64,000 nucleotides of DNA from an uncultured Candidatus Saccharibacteria bacterium (GTDB lineage Bacteria > Patescibacteriota > Minisyncoccia > UBA9983): contig CAYJQX010000001.1 of the NCBI GenBank assembly GCA_964372755.1, positions 6,563-70,562 on the forward strand, written 5' to 3'. Within the stretch, counting starts at the first letter, position 1; each line of letters begins with the position of its first letter. The position numbers and the translations under genes were made by a program. A model generated the notes under the pieces. That model was not told where the DNA came from. It saw nothing but the letters and a program-made list of their open reading frames with translations, and did not search any database. Shown here in pieces: positions 17,379-27,624 of this stretch.

Positions 17379-20009
17379 ATGAGCTTAGAAAATCCCATCA
17401 ATCCACTGAATAACCCTGTCATCAGGAAAGGAGTTCTTGATGCTTTGGAGGGTAGGAATGATTTACCTACCTCTTTAGAGGTGGCGACCGCGAGAGCTTC
17501 AAGATTAAATGGACACGAAGAAGACGGGAACTCTTCTGGTAGTACGAAAAGTGAGAAGAAAGAGGAGGCTAATTTGGTGGACGCCGAGACGCAAATGGTT
17601 TTGGATGAAATGAAAGCCAAGGAAGAGCGTGAGAAAATGGAAAAACTTATGAGCGGAGGAGACAAAGAGCCGGAAATTCCGGGCGTGGTTGTTTTTGATT
17701 CCCCTAATGCTGAAATTCAAATGTCTTCTAATAAAAATCCAACTGATGCTGAGAGTATGCGCGGAGAAGCTGAAATTGTTCCGAAAATCCAAAAAGAAAC
17801 AGCCCCTGTTCCTCCTCAAGAATCTCCCCAAGAAGAAAAAATAGAAGCGAAAGAAGAGAAAAAAGAAATGCCTCAAATTTCCATAGAGGAAGCCAAAAAG
17901 AATCTTGATTCTTTTAGAAAAGCTTACGCTGTCTCAAGAGAAGCTAACGAAACAGCCATGAAAAAAGGAATGACTTCCGGAGAAATGCTAGCGATGGGAA
18001 AAGAAGCGGCCGATAAAGAAAGAGAATATTTTGAAGCTGTGGCAATGTATCGAGCCTCCTTGTTTAACGAGGCGCAAGGCAAGGGAGAGGCAAATGAAAA
18101 CATATTAAAAAATATTTTACTTGAGACAGTCACAAAGGAAGCCATTAACCTTCATGGAGAAAAAGTGCAGGCGGGATATGAGTCTCGCGGAGGCGATCCG
18201 AAATGGATAAAAGCCGGAAAAGTGGTGGCTAAAATAGGGGAGTGGTATACCAAACAGCCTTTAAAATATAAACTGGCCGCTGGTATTGGGCTAGGCCTTC
18301 TGGGAGGGTTGGCTGGAGGAGTAGTTGCTAGCGGTGTTTTTGCCGGACAGGCTGTTTTGCGGGGTGTAGGAGGAGCGGCTTCTGGAGTAGCGGTTGAAAG
18401 AGGTTTGGGAAAATGGCAGGAGAAAAGTTCCCAGAAAGAAGTATTAAAGGATTTTGGCGGCAACTTGATGGAGCATCTCGTTCAAATCGGAGGAGAAGCC
18501 GACAAAAAAATCTTAGCTTTGGAGAAAACGGAAAAATGGAATAGATTTAAACGTTTTGCCACAGCTGGTACCGTGGCGACTTTAATTGGTTCAGGTGCTT
18601 TTGCTGAAACTTTAAAATATGGTATCGGGAAAGTATCTTCTTTTTTTGGAGGAGGCAGTGTTTCAGCCCAGGAAACAGTTACTGGCAAAGTATTACCATC
18701 TTCCGAAAATATTCCAAGAAAATTTGACATGGGCGCGTTTGGAGAAGGAAGCAAAGCAGGGGAAATTGCAAAAGATTCCTTAAAATATGCTTCTCAAGAA
18801 GAAGCAAGGTTGAGAATGGGACTTCCTGAGGGAACGGTAATGCCGGAAATACCAAAATCGGTCGAAGATGTTTCGTTGGCTGGCTCGGCTGAAACAGCTA
18901 GCCTTTCAGCCGTAGCTGAGGGGGCAGTAAAAACAGCGGAAAGCATAGGAAGCGGCGAGTATGTCGTTAAAACAGGAGATAATCTTTGGCATATAGTCAG
19001 AGACAAAATAAATGAGGGAAGTTATTTCAAGGGCTTGACGGGGTCGTCCGAGGAATTAGCGGCCAAGAAAGCCAATGTGATCGCCAATCTTTTGAGGGAA
19101 GTGGAGAAAGATCCGAAAGCGTACGGAATCAATTCGCCCAAGGGCATAAATTTTGTTTATCCGGGAGACCATATCCAAATGCCAAAAGGTTTGTCTGATG
19201 CAAAAATAATGCAAGGTCTGATTGAACGAGCCAATAATCTTAGCTCTGATCAGATGAAAGTTATCACAGAGTCAATGAAAAAAATAGCCGGGGGAAAAGT
19301 GCTGGAAGATTTGGTTGATAATCAGACGGGGATAAAATTGCCATCAATGGGATTGCCCTATGAAGCCCACACAGCTTTAGAAGATAAATTAAATACGATG
19401 TCTTCTGTTACCCCAGAAGCTCCGGTAAGTGAAGTGCCGGAAAGACTTGGGTATACCGGCCTGCCATACGAGATGCATGCTGGGTTAGAGGATCAGATGA
19501 ATACGGGCGGAACAGAAAATCTTCCAAAGACAGAAATTCCAAGTAATCCACCGGTTAATGAAATGCAGGGCACTGTTTTGCCGGAAGAGCAGGGGCTTAC
19601 AGATGCCGAGAAGACTCTCTCGGCGGTCAATGAAGGAACAGCGAAGGCTTTGGCGAGAGAATCTTATAATATCAATGCGTTGGGGATTTTCGGACCCAAT
19701 TCCCCGATTTCTTATCGAGACATAAAAGAAATCCCTGTAAAGAAATTTCTTGACGCCTTGCCTCTTTCTGCCGAGGAAACAGAGAAAAATTTCAGTAATA
19801 GCACGCAATATATAAAAATACCCGGCCACAGTGGGGTATTAAATAATGTACAACTCGCTAAATATTTGAATCTTCGCGATTTTTTGAACAGTCCGGAAGT
19901 TTTTGGAAAAGGGTTTGATGCAAAACAGCTGGCTAACATAAAAATCGGAGATGCGATGAAAAATATTCCAAAGGAGTTGGTTGATAAATGGACTAGCTCT
20001 CATAAATAA
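17379..20009 (+). CDS. large (876 aa) membrane-associated protein with Gly-rich TM region, LysM-like motif and C-terminal tandem repeats
   Basis: AAGIGLGLLGGLAGGVVASGVFAGQAVLRGVGGAASGVAV is a Gly-zipper TM. YVVKTGDNLWHIVRDKI is LysM-like. Tandem repeat about 30 aa long, x2: GLPYEAHTALEDKLNTM / GLPYEMHAGLEDQMNTG. Confidence 0.45.
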   Translation: MSLENPINPLNNPVIRKGVLDALEGRNDLPTSLEVATARASRLNGHEEDGNSSGSTKSEKKEEANLVDAETQMVLDEMKAKEEREKMEKLMSGGDKEPEIPGVVVFDSPNAEIQMSSNKNPTDAESMRGEAEIVPKIQKETAPVPPQESPQEEKIEAKEEKKEMPQISIEEAKKNLDSFRKAYAVSREANETAMKKGMTSGEMLAMGKEAADKEREYFEAVAMYRASLFNEAQGKGEANENILKNILLETVTKEAINLHGEKVQAGYESRGGDPKWIKAGKVVAKIGEWYTKQPLKYKLAAGIGLGLLGGLAGGVVASGVFAGQAVLRGVGGAASGVAVERGLGKWQEKSSQKEVLKDFGGNLMEHLVQIGGEADKKILALEKTEKWNRFKRFATAGTVATLIGSGAFAETLKYGIGKVSSFFGGGSVSAQETVTGKVLPSSENIPRKFDMGAFGEGSKAGEIAKDSLKYASQEEARLRMGLPEGTVMPEIPKSVEDVSLAGSAETASLSAVAEGAVKTAESIGSGEYVVKTGDNLWHIVRDKINEGSYFKGLTGSSEELAAKKANVIANLLREVEKDPKAYGINSPKGINFVYPGDHIQMPKGLSDAKIMQGLIERANNLSSDQMKVITESMKKIAGGKVLEDLVDNQTGIKLPSMGLPYEAHTALEDKLNTMSSVTPEAPVSEVPERLGYTGLPYEMHAGLEDQMNTGGTENLPKTEIPSNPPVNEMQGTVLPEEQGLTDAEKTLSAVNEGTAKALARESYNINALGIFGPNSPISYRDIKEIPVKKFLDALPLSAEETEKNFSNSTQYIKIPGHSGVLNNVQLAKYLNLRDFLNSPEVFGKGFDAKQLANIKIGDAMKNIPKELVDKWTSSHK

Positions 20010-20012
20010 AGA

Positions 20013-20828
20013 ATGAAAGAAGTTGGGGGCGGACCGAAAAAAAAATTAGGTCAGAATTTTCTGACATCGGGCAAGATAGCGGGGGATATTGTATCCTCCG
20101 CTGGTCTTATTTCAAGCGATGTTGTTTTGGAAATCGGTCCGGGCAAGGGATTTTTGACGAAAGAAATTCTTAAAACCGGCGCGAAAATTATCGCTATTGA
20201 AAAAGATAAGGCGCTTGTGTCGATATTAAATTCACTTTTCGCCAGTGAAATTAAAAAAGGCTCTTTGGAGATTATCAGTGGAGATATTCGGGAATTTTTG
20301 AACAACAAGACCCGCGCTCCAAACCGCATTTTACTTACTACGCGCTACAAACTCATTGCTAATATTCCCTACTATCTCACTTCCTACCTCATCACTTCAT
20401 TTTTGAGGCTGTCTAATCCTCCGACAGAGATGATTTTGATGGTTCAAAAAGAAGTGGCGGAGAGGATTATCGCCAAAGACGGCAAAGAAAACCTTTTGTC
20501 TCTTTCAGTCAAATATTATGGCGAGCCGAAAATAGAGAGGCTGGTTAAAGCCGGAAGTTTTTTTCCAAAACCGAAAGTGGACTCCGCCGTTCTTTCCATA
20601 AAGAATATTCGCAAAGAAAATTCAAGGAGGTCAAAAACTTTTTTTAATTTAATAGAAAAAAGTTTTAACCAGAAAAGGAAAAAAATGTTTTCTGTTTTGA
20701 GTCAAAGCATAAAGAAAGAAACCCTTGCGAAAGCTTTTGAAAAGGGCGGTTTTAGCCAGAACATCCGCGCCGAAGATCTCTCGCTGGGTCAATGGAGGCT
20801 TTTGGCCGATTTTATCCCCATTGAATAA
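20013..20828 (+). CDS. rsmA: 16S rRNA (adenine1518/1519-N6)-dimethyltransferase
   Basis: KsgA signature LGQNFL, motif I LEIGPGKGFLT and NIPYYLTS. Confidence 0.85.
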   Translation: MKEVGGGPKKKLGQNFLTSGKIAGDIVSSAGLISSDVVLEIGPGKGFLTKEILKTGAKIIAIEKDKALVSILNSLFASEIKKGSLEIISGDIREFLNNKTRAPNRILLTTRYKLIANIPYYLTSYLITSFLRLSNPPTEMILMVQKEVAERIIAKDGKENLLSLSVKYYGEPKIERLVKAGSFFPKPKVDSAVLSIKNIRKENSRRSKTFFNLIEKSFNQKRKKMFSVLSQSIKKETLAKAFEKGGFSQNIRAEDLSLGQWRLLADFIPIE

Positions 20829-20889
20829 GTTTCTTTTGACGGAAAACAAGGCTGACGCGTGATACAATAATAAGCGGTATCAATATAAA

Positions 20890-21873
20890 ATGAGGATTAC
20901 CGCGTACCTTCCAACCAAAAGAAATGCTTATTGGATTTTGGCCGTTTTGATAATCTCTATCGGCCTTTTGGTGGTGTATCCGAGAAAGAAGATTCCAAAT
21001 TATTCTTATTCTAAAAATCTTTCTGGAATTCTTTCTCAACAAGCCGGAGGAGCAGACGATATAGACGGCGATGGCCTGAAAGATTGGGAAGAGGTTCTTT
21101 GGAAAACGGATCCGAATAGTCCAGATTCGGACAATGACGGCACTTCGGATGGAGAAGAGGTGGCTCTGGGCCGTGATCCGTTAAAACCCGGCCCAGACGA
21201 TATTTTCAACAATCCTCTCGCTTCAAATGTTTTTGTAAACAAATACGATACCGAGACGGAAGGTCTCTCCAGAAGGCTTTTTGCCGAATACTTAACGCTC
21301 AAGAAAGACGGGAGCTTGGATGACGAAACAAAAACGCAAATTATAGAAAGATTCATTAATGATTTGCCGGGACAAGACGGAGCGAAAGACCCTTTCACCT
21401 TGGCTGATTTGAAAATATCAAAAGATAATTCCGCCAGTGCTTACAGGAGGTATGGGAATATTTTAGGGCTTCTTGTGGCGGAAATGACCAAACCGGTAAA
21501 CGAGGAAGAATTGGAAATATTTTCTCGAGCCGTTGAAACAAATAATAATGAAATTTTGAAAAAATTGGATCCGGCCAAAGAAACTTTCAGAGGAATCGCT
21601 TCCACAATATCTCTGATGGAGGTTCCTTCGGGTTTGGCGGAAAATCATTTGACGTTGCTTAATTCTTTAGTTGGCGCCTATTATTCTCTCTCCGCCATGC
21701 AGGAAGTAAATAACGATCCCGCTCTCGCCTTGGGAGGCTTAAACGCTTATCAGTATGAGGTGGAGGTTATTACCGGTTCTTTTAAAGTGATCAGCCAAGC
21801 TGTCAAAAATAAAGGCGTGGTTTATTCTCCCAAAGAAGCGGGCGCTCTTATTTTTGAACTGGGCTCCGTTTAA
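20890..21873 (+). CDS. membrane-anchored hypothetical protein with Asp-rich calcium-binding-like repeats
   Basis: N-terminal TM. DIDGDGLKDWEE and DPNSPDSDNDGTSDGEE resemble thrombospondin type 3 or EF-hand-like D-x-D-x-D-G loops. Confidence 0.4.
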   Translation: MRITAYLPTKRNAYWILAVLIISIGLLVVYPRKKIPNYSYSKNLSGILSQQAGGADDIDGDGLKDWEEVLWKTDPNSPDSDNDGTSDGEEVALGRDPLKPGPDDIFNNPLASNVFVNKYDTETEGLSRRLFAEYLTLKKDGSLDDETKTQIIERFINDLPGQDGAKDPFTLADLKISKDNSASAYRRYGNILGLLVAEMTKPVNEEELEIFSRAVETNNNEILKKLDPAKETFRGIASTISLMEVPSGLAENHLTLLNSLVGAYYSLSAMQEVNNDPALALGGLNAYQYEVEVITGSFKVISQAVKNKGVVYSPKEAGALIFELGSV

Positions 21874-21887
21874 TTTTTGATATTTAA

Positions 21888-23945
21888 ATGAAAATTTTCA
21901 GTAAAAAAATTATTTCCCTTTTTATCGTCTCCTCCATTTTTTTGCAGATGCTTTTGCCTGTTGTTGTTTTGGCGGTGGAAGATGGAGCAAGCTTGGGAGG
22001 AGGAGAAAGCTCGTCCGGTTCCGGAGGAGCTGGCAGTTTGATACCGGGGAATGGTTGCTTCAGCGGAAAGGGCATCATGGGGAGAATAAGAAGTTTTGGC
22101 GAAAGAGTTTTTGGGGGCAAAGAGAAAGAGCAGGGAGCCAAAAATGTTTCCGATTTAGAGTTTAATGTAAGCGAGCTTGAAGCGGCGGCTGAAGAAGAAA
22201 ATGCGGCCAATCTCATTAAAGAGCAGGCTTCTCTTGAGAGGTTTCAAAAAGTTTTTGGCGACAAATTGAAACTCGGCTCGGCGGCTTCCGCTGTTTCCGA
22301 TGCCACCGGAATTTCCGGTTCAAGCGCATCCAGCGCGGCCAAAAGGGGTTTAAGTAGCGCGACTGAATTCGGAGCCAAACTTATTCCTATCCCCGGCGCC
22401 GGGGATGCAATAAGGGGAGCTCTTGGCAAGATTCCCGGTATTGGTGCCGTCTTTGGCGGAGGTCCGCAAGAAACAAAAGAAGTGGACGGCCCTCTTCTTG
22501 ACGCCACCAAGAACCTTTATGAAGTCCAGAAGGAGATGCTAAAAAAACAGGAGGAGACAAGAAAAATTGTTCAGACGGAGTGCGTCAAAAGCCATATTTA
22601 TGATTCCATCGCGTGGTTTGTGGCCAAGCGCATCATCCATAGTTTTACCACTAGCATTGTCGGATGGATAAGCGGGGAAGGCAAATCCGATCCGAAATTT
22701 ATCGTCAATACTCCAGAGTTTTGGAAAGATGTGGCAAACGAAGCCTCCGGTTTGGTCATAGAAGAGTTGGGGGTGGGGGATCTTCTTTGCAAGCCTTTTA
22801 AATTTCAACTCCAGTTTGATTTGAAGTTTAGGCAAAAAAGATTGGATACGAGACTGAAATGTACGGCTGACGACGTGGTGGATAATTTCAGGGATAGTTT
22901 TTCCTACGGCGGGTGGGATAGCTGGCTGAAACTTACAGCCAATCCGCAAAATTATTATTCCGGCGCCTATCTTTCTTCTTTGGACGAAATAGCAAGAAGG
23001 AGACAGGAAGCCGTTGAGGCGGCAAAGACGGATCAGGAAGCGGGGGGAAATTTTATGGGAGTAAGAGTGTGTGTAAACCAAACAGCAAACGGTTTGTGCG
23101 CGCGCTGGGAAACTAGGACTCCCGGAAAAACGGTGAGCGATCTTTTATCCCGTGCTTTAGGGAGCGATATTGCCCAGCTTGAACTGGCCGATGAGTTTAA
23201 CGAAATTGCCGTCGCTTTGGTTAATCGAATGAGAGGCTGGATTGTAACAGGCGGAGGAGGAAACAAAGGACTCCTAAAATTTGACGGGAAAATAGAAGAG
23301 GTGGCTGATTCTTCGGGAACGGGAGGAGGCGGATCCGGACAAACAGGGGGAGGGAACACTTCTTCCGATAATCAAGTAGAGACAAAAAGAGCGGAAATTA
23401 TCTCTCGCTTGGATGCTTATCTTTCAAGAGAGATTGCCTACAGGGACGCAAAACAAAAAATCTTAGACTTTATTTTAGAGAACGAGGGAAGTTACACGGA
23501 CTTAAAATTATGTTATCAGGGACAATTTTTTGTTAATCGCCAGAAGTTTTCCGGTAAAACAAACCCGACAGAAGCTGAAAAGGCGGAATTTGAGAAGGAA
23601 GACGAAAGACTCTCTGGCCTCATTGCCGGAGTGGGCGCCACCACTACCTCAATCTTTGGTCCTCTTGCAAGCGGTGTTCAGACAGAAATAGACCGCTCGC
23701 AAGCAATCATTGATGAGTTTTTTGACGGCAAATCCATCGCCAGAAATGTCACTATACTTGAGGCTTTAAATAGCGTGGAGGCAAATTATTTAAGCGGAGA
23801 GGCGATTAGGAATGTTCATGATGGTCTGGACGTGAAAAACGCGGAAGACGAGCTGGAGAGTTTGAAGAAAACTTTGAGTGAGAAAAGCGTTGAAACAGAA
23901 TTTAACAAATGTTTGGCCGATCTGGAAATCTTAAACAAAAAATGA
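21888..23945 (+). CDS. secreted hypothetical protein (685 aa)
   Basis: Signal peptide MKIFSKKIISLFIVSSIFLQMLLPVVVLA and Gly/Ser-rich linkers. Its stop overlaps the start of the next gene (ATGA). Confidence 0.4.
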   Translation: MKIFSKKIISLFIVSSIFLQMLLPVVVLAVEDGASLGGGESSSGSGGAGSLIPGNGCFSGKGIMGRIRSFGERVFGGKEKEQGAKNVSDLEFNVSELEAAAEEENAANLIKEQASLERFQKVFGDKLKLGSAASAVSDATGISGSSASSAAKRGLSSATEFGAKLIPIPGAGDAIRGALGKIPGIGAVFGGGPQETKEVDGPLLDATKNLYEVQKEMLKKQEETRKIVQTECVKSHIYDSIAWFVAKRIIHSFTTSIVGWISGEGKSDPKFIVNTPEFWKDVANEASGLVIEELGVGDLLCKPFKFQLQFDLKFRQKRLDTRLKCTADDVVDNFRDSFSYGGWDSWLKLTANPQNYYSGAYLSSLDEIARRRQEAVEAAKTDQEAGGNFMGVRVCVNQTANGLCARWETRTPGKTVSDLLSRALGSDIAQLELADEFNEIAVALVNRMRGWIVTGGGGNKGLLKFDGKIEEVADSSGTGGGGSGQTGGGNTSSDNQVETKRAEIISRLDAYLSREIAYRDAKQKILDFILENEGSYTDLKLCYQGQFFVNRQKFSGKTNPTEAEKAEFEKEDERLSGLIAGVGATTTSIFGPLASGVQTEIDRSQAIIDEFFDGKSIARNVTILEALNSVEANYLSGEAIRNVHDGLDVKNAEDELESLKKTLSEKSVETEFNKCLADLEILNKK

Positions 23946-26224
23946 GAAGAAAAATTTTAAAATCCGACATTTTTGTTTTTACCGGTTTTTTTGTCCTGAT
24001 TTTATTTTTCTTTTACGGGCCGTTTTCGGCGCATACCACTTACGCAGCATTTGAATTTATTGATATTGGGGCAGGGGTTTTAAAAAAATTAGTTGCCGGC
24101 ATCGGCGGAATAGTCATCCATATCGCCTCTTGGTTTTTAGCCCTTTCGGGATGGATTTTTGATTACACGATACAATTTTCCATTCTTAATTATTTCGGCG
24201 AGGGCGGATTTGTAGAAAAAGGGTGGACGACGGTGAGAGATCTCTCCAATGTGGTTTTTATATTCATTCTTTTGTACGCGGCTTTCATGACTGTCTTGGG
24301 GATGGGCGGAGTGGATATTAAAAAAGTGGTGGCCAATGTGGTCTTGATTGCCCTACTGGTTAATTTCAGTTTGGTTATCACAAAGGTGGTCATAGACGCC
24401 AACAACATCTTGGCGGTGGAGTTTTACAACAAACTTAACAACATTGAGGATGCCAGCAACCCCGGAAAAAAACTCACTCTTTCTGAAGGAATATCAAATG
24501 CTCTAAGCCCGCAGAATTTTTTTAAGCAACCAGAAGACAATTCTTCGTTTTGGGGAGAAATATTTTCCCGCGGGGCAGAAGCTGACGAGGAATCAACCCT
24601 GATGCAGATAGCCATAAGCACCATTTTTGGCTCAATATTCATTTTGGCTCTGGCTTTCGTGCTTTTGGCCGGAGGGCTAATGTTTATTCTCCGCACCGCC
24701 GCTCTGTGGCTTGTTATGATTCTCTCTCCCGCCGCTTTTGTTTGCTACGCTGTTCCGGGAGCGGAAAAATTTTTCACCAAATGGAAAGGGCATTTGATCA
24801 ACCACGCCCTTTTTGCGCCGGCCTATATGTTTTATCTCTATGTGGTCGTCAAAATTGTTTCCGAGTCCAATCTTCTCTCTTCAACGGGCAGGGAAAACGT
24901 TCATTTGAGTGCGGACGCCAAAGACCTGGACACGGCCTCCATGGGTCTGATTTTCAAATACCTAATCGTTCTTTTTCTCCTCACAATGGCTTTAAAACTC
25001 GCGAGTGATATGGGCGCTTATGGCGCTTCGGCGGCCAATAAATATTTTGATAAAGGCAAGGGTTGGCTGACCGGTAAGGCGAAAAGAATCAGTCAAAAAG
25101 TTCCCGGAGGCGCCTCTAGAGTTTTGTTGAGCAACCAAAAAACAAGACAAGCTCTGCAGAGTTTTGCGGCCAGCAGTCCGAGGGTCGGGGGGGCTATTTC
25201 AAGAACAGTTCGCTCTGGCGCCAAGCTCGGCTTAAACGAAGAGCTTATCAAAGCGAGAGCAGAGACAGCGAAATCCCTGACACCGGAACAGCAAGCAAAA
25301 TATTTCGCAAAGCTTGGCAGAGTGCCTTTTGCCGGCCGTTTGCAAGGGGCAAGTTCTAATGTTCCAGGCCTTAAGCAAGCGGCTTTTGTCCTAAGTCCTG
25401 TTGCAGCAATTATGAATTTTCTTGGCGGGGATAACCAGTCTCAAAAGAGAATGCTTGAAGAAATGTCCTCAAGCCAGAGAAGAAAATTTGTTGCTGAAGC
25501 TGACAAGGATACTGGCGCCAGAGCGCTCGTTAATAAATATTTGTTGGAGAAAGAAATCTTGGACAAACTCTCTTCAGAGGAGAAAATGGAATTTTATGCC
25601 AGAGGAGAAAATGATCCCACTATTGCCAAGGATCCGAGCAATGTAGAGTTCAGAAAAGGAATGGAAAAGAAAATTCTTGAAAACACGGAAGAATTCCAGA
25701 AACTTTCTATCCGTGACAGGGTGGAATTTGGAAAAATGATCGATAAAATGGGTGGAGATGTTGCTTTATTCAATAAGGCTGTCGATAAAATGTCAAAAGA
25801 AGACAAAGAGAATTATACTAAAACAAAAAACGAGGTTGGCAGGAAGGAAAAAATCGGAGATTTTCTTCTTAAGACAGATCCCATTTCTGGTAATCCCATT
25901 TCTGTGCCGGATCTTTCGGATAAAAGCGTCTTGGGTCGTTTCAACAACATAAAACCGGATGAGATTCAAACTTTAAGAGACGATCTGTTTACAGACAGCA
26001 ACGTTGATTACATGTTGGATAATCTTAGAACCGAACATTTCAATAAAATCATGGCTCGTGGCGATGAATCTTCCGATAAATTTATTGAAAGAGTTATCGC
26101 TAAAGCCCCCGGAGCCAAAAGTCCGGATGATGTCAGCAAGGCTTGGAAAACAATTTCTCCGTCTGTATCCGCTTGGGCTATCAGTCCGGCCGGACGATAT
26201 GCGCTAGAATCAAGATTGCCATAA
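23942..26224 (+). CDS. polytopic membrane protein, VirB6/TrbL-like candidate
   Basis: ATG overlaps the upstream TGA (translational coupling). At least six hydrophobic helices in the N-terminal 400 aa, then a long hydrophilic C-terminal domain, which is the VirB6-type architecture. Confidence 0.45.
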   Translation: MRRKILKSDIFVFTGFFVLILFFFYGPFSAHTTYAAFEFIDIGAGVLKKLVAGIGGIVIHIASWFLALSGWIFDYTIQFSILNYFGEGGFVEKGWTTVRDLSNVVFIFILLYAAFMTVLGMGGVDIKKVVANVVLIALLVNFSLVITKVVIDANNILAVEFYNKLNNIEDASNPGKKLTLSEGISNALSPQNFFKQPEDNSSFWGEIFSRGAEADEESTLMQIAISTIFGSIFILALAFVLLAGGLMFILRTAALWLVMILSPAAFVCYAVPGAEKFFTKWKGHLINHALFAPAYMFYLYVVVKIVSESNLLSSTGRENVHLSADAKDLDTASMGLIFKYLIVLFLLTMALKLASDMGAYGASAANKYFDKGKGWLTGKAKRISQKVPGGASRVLLSNQKTRQALQSFAASSPRVGGAISRTVRSGAKLGLNEELIKARAETAKSLTPEQQAKYFAKLGRVPFAGRLQGASSNVPGLKQAAFVLSPVAAIMNFLGGDNQSQKRMLEEMSSSQRRKFVAEADKDTGARALVNKYLLEKEILDKLSSEEKMEFYARGENDPTIAKDPSNVEFRKGMEKKILENTEEFQKLSIRDRVEFGKMIDKMGGDVALFNKAVDKMSKEDKENYTKTKNEVGRKEKIGDFLLKTDPISGNPISVPDLSDKSVLGRFNNIKPDEIQTLRDDLFTDSNVDYMLDNLRTEHFNKIMARGDESSDKFIERVIAKAPGAKSPDDVSKAWKTISPSVSAWAISPAGRYALESRLP

Positions 26225-26254
26225 TAATATAGTAGAGAATAATTATTTTTAAAG

Positions 26255-27010
26255 ATGAAAAAACATTCTTTTGAAGACATAAAAAAAGCTTACGCTTCTT
26301 TGCCGGAAGATTTGATTGAAGCGGGGTCTTCTGTTCAAACCACAGAAGCTTTAAGGGACATAGGCAAAAAATATGGGCTGATGATGGATCAGGCCGGGGA
26401 AATGGCGAGCGAAGCCGGTTCCGTCATCCTCGGCCTTACGCCTGTCCAGGAATTTGTTCCCAATCTTCAGGAAAGACTTGGAGTTTCTAAAGACATTGCC
26501 ACAAAGATAGCGGAAGACATCAGCGCTCAAGTTTTTTCCAAAGTAAGGGAGTCGATGAAAAAGATTCATTCAACTCACGGCGGAGATCAAGCTCTTTTAG
26601 AGGTGAAAGAAAATGCTCCCGCGGAAAAAAAGGATGATGTGCTAAAACATTTGGATGAAGACGCGGAAATAGAAAAGGATTTGAAAACAATGGTTGTTTC
26701 CAAAAACACGGAAGAAGAAAAAAAGAGATTTCCTGTGAGTGATTTAATTAATGCTTCTTTAGGTCTGGAGAGCAGGGAAAGAGAAGAATCTTTTCCCATA
26801 AACGACCTTATTAATGCATCCCTTCCTCCAGAGAATTTGCCGATCAATGGCTCTTCGAATTTACCACGACAGGAAAAAACTTCATCTACGCCTGTCCCTA
26901 AACCTCCGGTAAAACCAGCCGTTCCTCAAATAACCAGAATGCCGAAAGAAGAAAAAACACTGAATGTTCCCCTAAAGACAAAAGATCCCTACAGAGAACC
27001 AATAAGTTAG
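26255..27010 (+). CDS. hypothetical protein with tandem FP(V/I)SDLINASL repeats
   Basis: RFPVSDLINASLGLESREREESFPINDLINASLPPE. Pro-rich C-terminus. Confidence 0.4.
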   Translation: MKKHSFEDIKKAYASLPEDLIEAGSSVQTTEALRDIGKKYGLMMDQAGEMASEAGSVILGLTPVQEFVPNLQERLGVSKDIATKIAEDISAQVFSKVRESMKKIHSTHGGDQALLEVKENAPAEKKDDVLKHLDEDAEIEKDLKTMVVSKNTEEEKKRFPVSDLINASLGLESREREESFPINDLINASLPPENLPINGSSNLPRQEKTSSTPVPKPPVKPAVPQITRMPKEEKTLNVPLKTKDPYREPIS

Positions 27011-27034
27011 AAATAACAACTAAATCTAAAAGCG

Positions 27035-27466
27035 ATGAAATTTCAAGTTCCGCAATTCATAGAAGTTGAGACAAAAATATTCGGGCCGCTGACTTTGAAG
27101 CAGTTTTTGTATTTAGCCGGAGGCGCCGGCGCTTCTATCGTGCTCTACAGTTTGCTCCCTTTCTTTTTGATGATTATTTTCGCTGCGCCGATTGTCGCCC
27201 TCGCCCTCGCCCTCGCTTTTTACAAGCTAAATAATCAGCCTTTTGTGAGGGTGCTTGAAAATGCCATTAAGTTTTATCTGTCAGGCAGGCTTTTTTTGTG
27301 GAAGAAGACGCCAAATGAGGACAATAAATCAGTTTCTGTTGATAAAGAAGGAATATTGAAAACTGCGGGAATACAAACAAGCGGAACAACAGGTTATGTG
27401 CCGAAATTAACGCAAAGCAAATTAAAAGATTTATCCTGGAGTTTGGATATTAATAAAGAAACATAA
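27035..27466 (+). CDS. PrgI-family (VirB3-like) small membrane protein of Gram-positive-type T4SS
   Basis: MKFQVPQFIEVETKIFGPLTLKQFLYLAGGAGASIVLYSL matches the PrgI family N-terminal consensus (K.P.D.E...IFG.LT.RQF.YL) followed by a TM hairpin. Confidence 0.6.
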   Translation: MKFQVPQFIEVETKIFGPLTLKQFLYLAGGAGASIVLYSLLPFFLMIIFAAPIVALALALAFYKLNNQPFVRVLENAIKFYLSGRLFLWKKTPNEDNKSVSVDKEGILKTAGIQTSGTTGYVPKLTQSKLKDLSWSLDINKET

Positions 27467-27468
27467 CT

Positions 27469-27602
27469 CGACTCCAATACGCGAATTGACTCGAATGACA
27501 CTAATAGTATTAAAGCCTAACTTCTTTCATCCGCGTCATTCGTGCGCATTATTCCCTCCTTTGCTAGGAAGCTACGGGCGGGCAAGCGTGTATTAGCGTC
27601 GG
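27469..27602 (+). repeat. MITE-like repeat copy 2 (with an internal insertion of about 35 nt)
   Basis: CGACTCCAATACGCGAATTGACTCGAATGACACTAATAGTATTAAAGCCTAACTTCTTTCATCCGCGTCATTCGTGCGCATTATTC ... CGTGTATTAGCGTCGG is collinear with copy 1 at 7163-7262. Confidence 0.55.
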
Positions 27603-27608
27603 GTAAAA

Positions 27609-27624
27609 TGTTATAATTAAATCG
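27609..27624 (+). promoter_or_regulatory. extended -10 TGTTATAAT positioned 7 nt before the ATG (leaderless-type promoter)
   Basis: TGTTATAAT taaatcg ATG. The same layout recurs at many genes in this window. Confidence 0.45.

Noticed and set aside
17505-17876. antisense ORFs listed in the track inside large genes (for example 17505-17876, 22539-23081, 28811-29242, 29749-30171, 36563-36976, 37342-37788, 60438-60707, 61392-61775)
   Set aside because: They are fully embedded antisense, or out of frame, inside well-supported CDSs. They have skewed low-complexity composition and no motifs.
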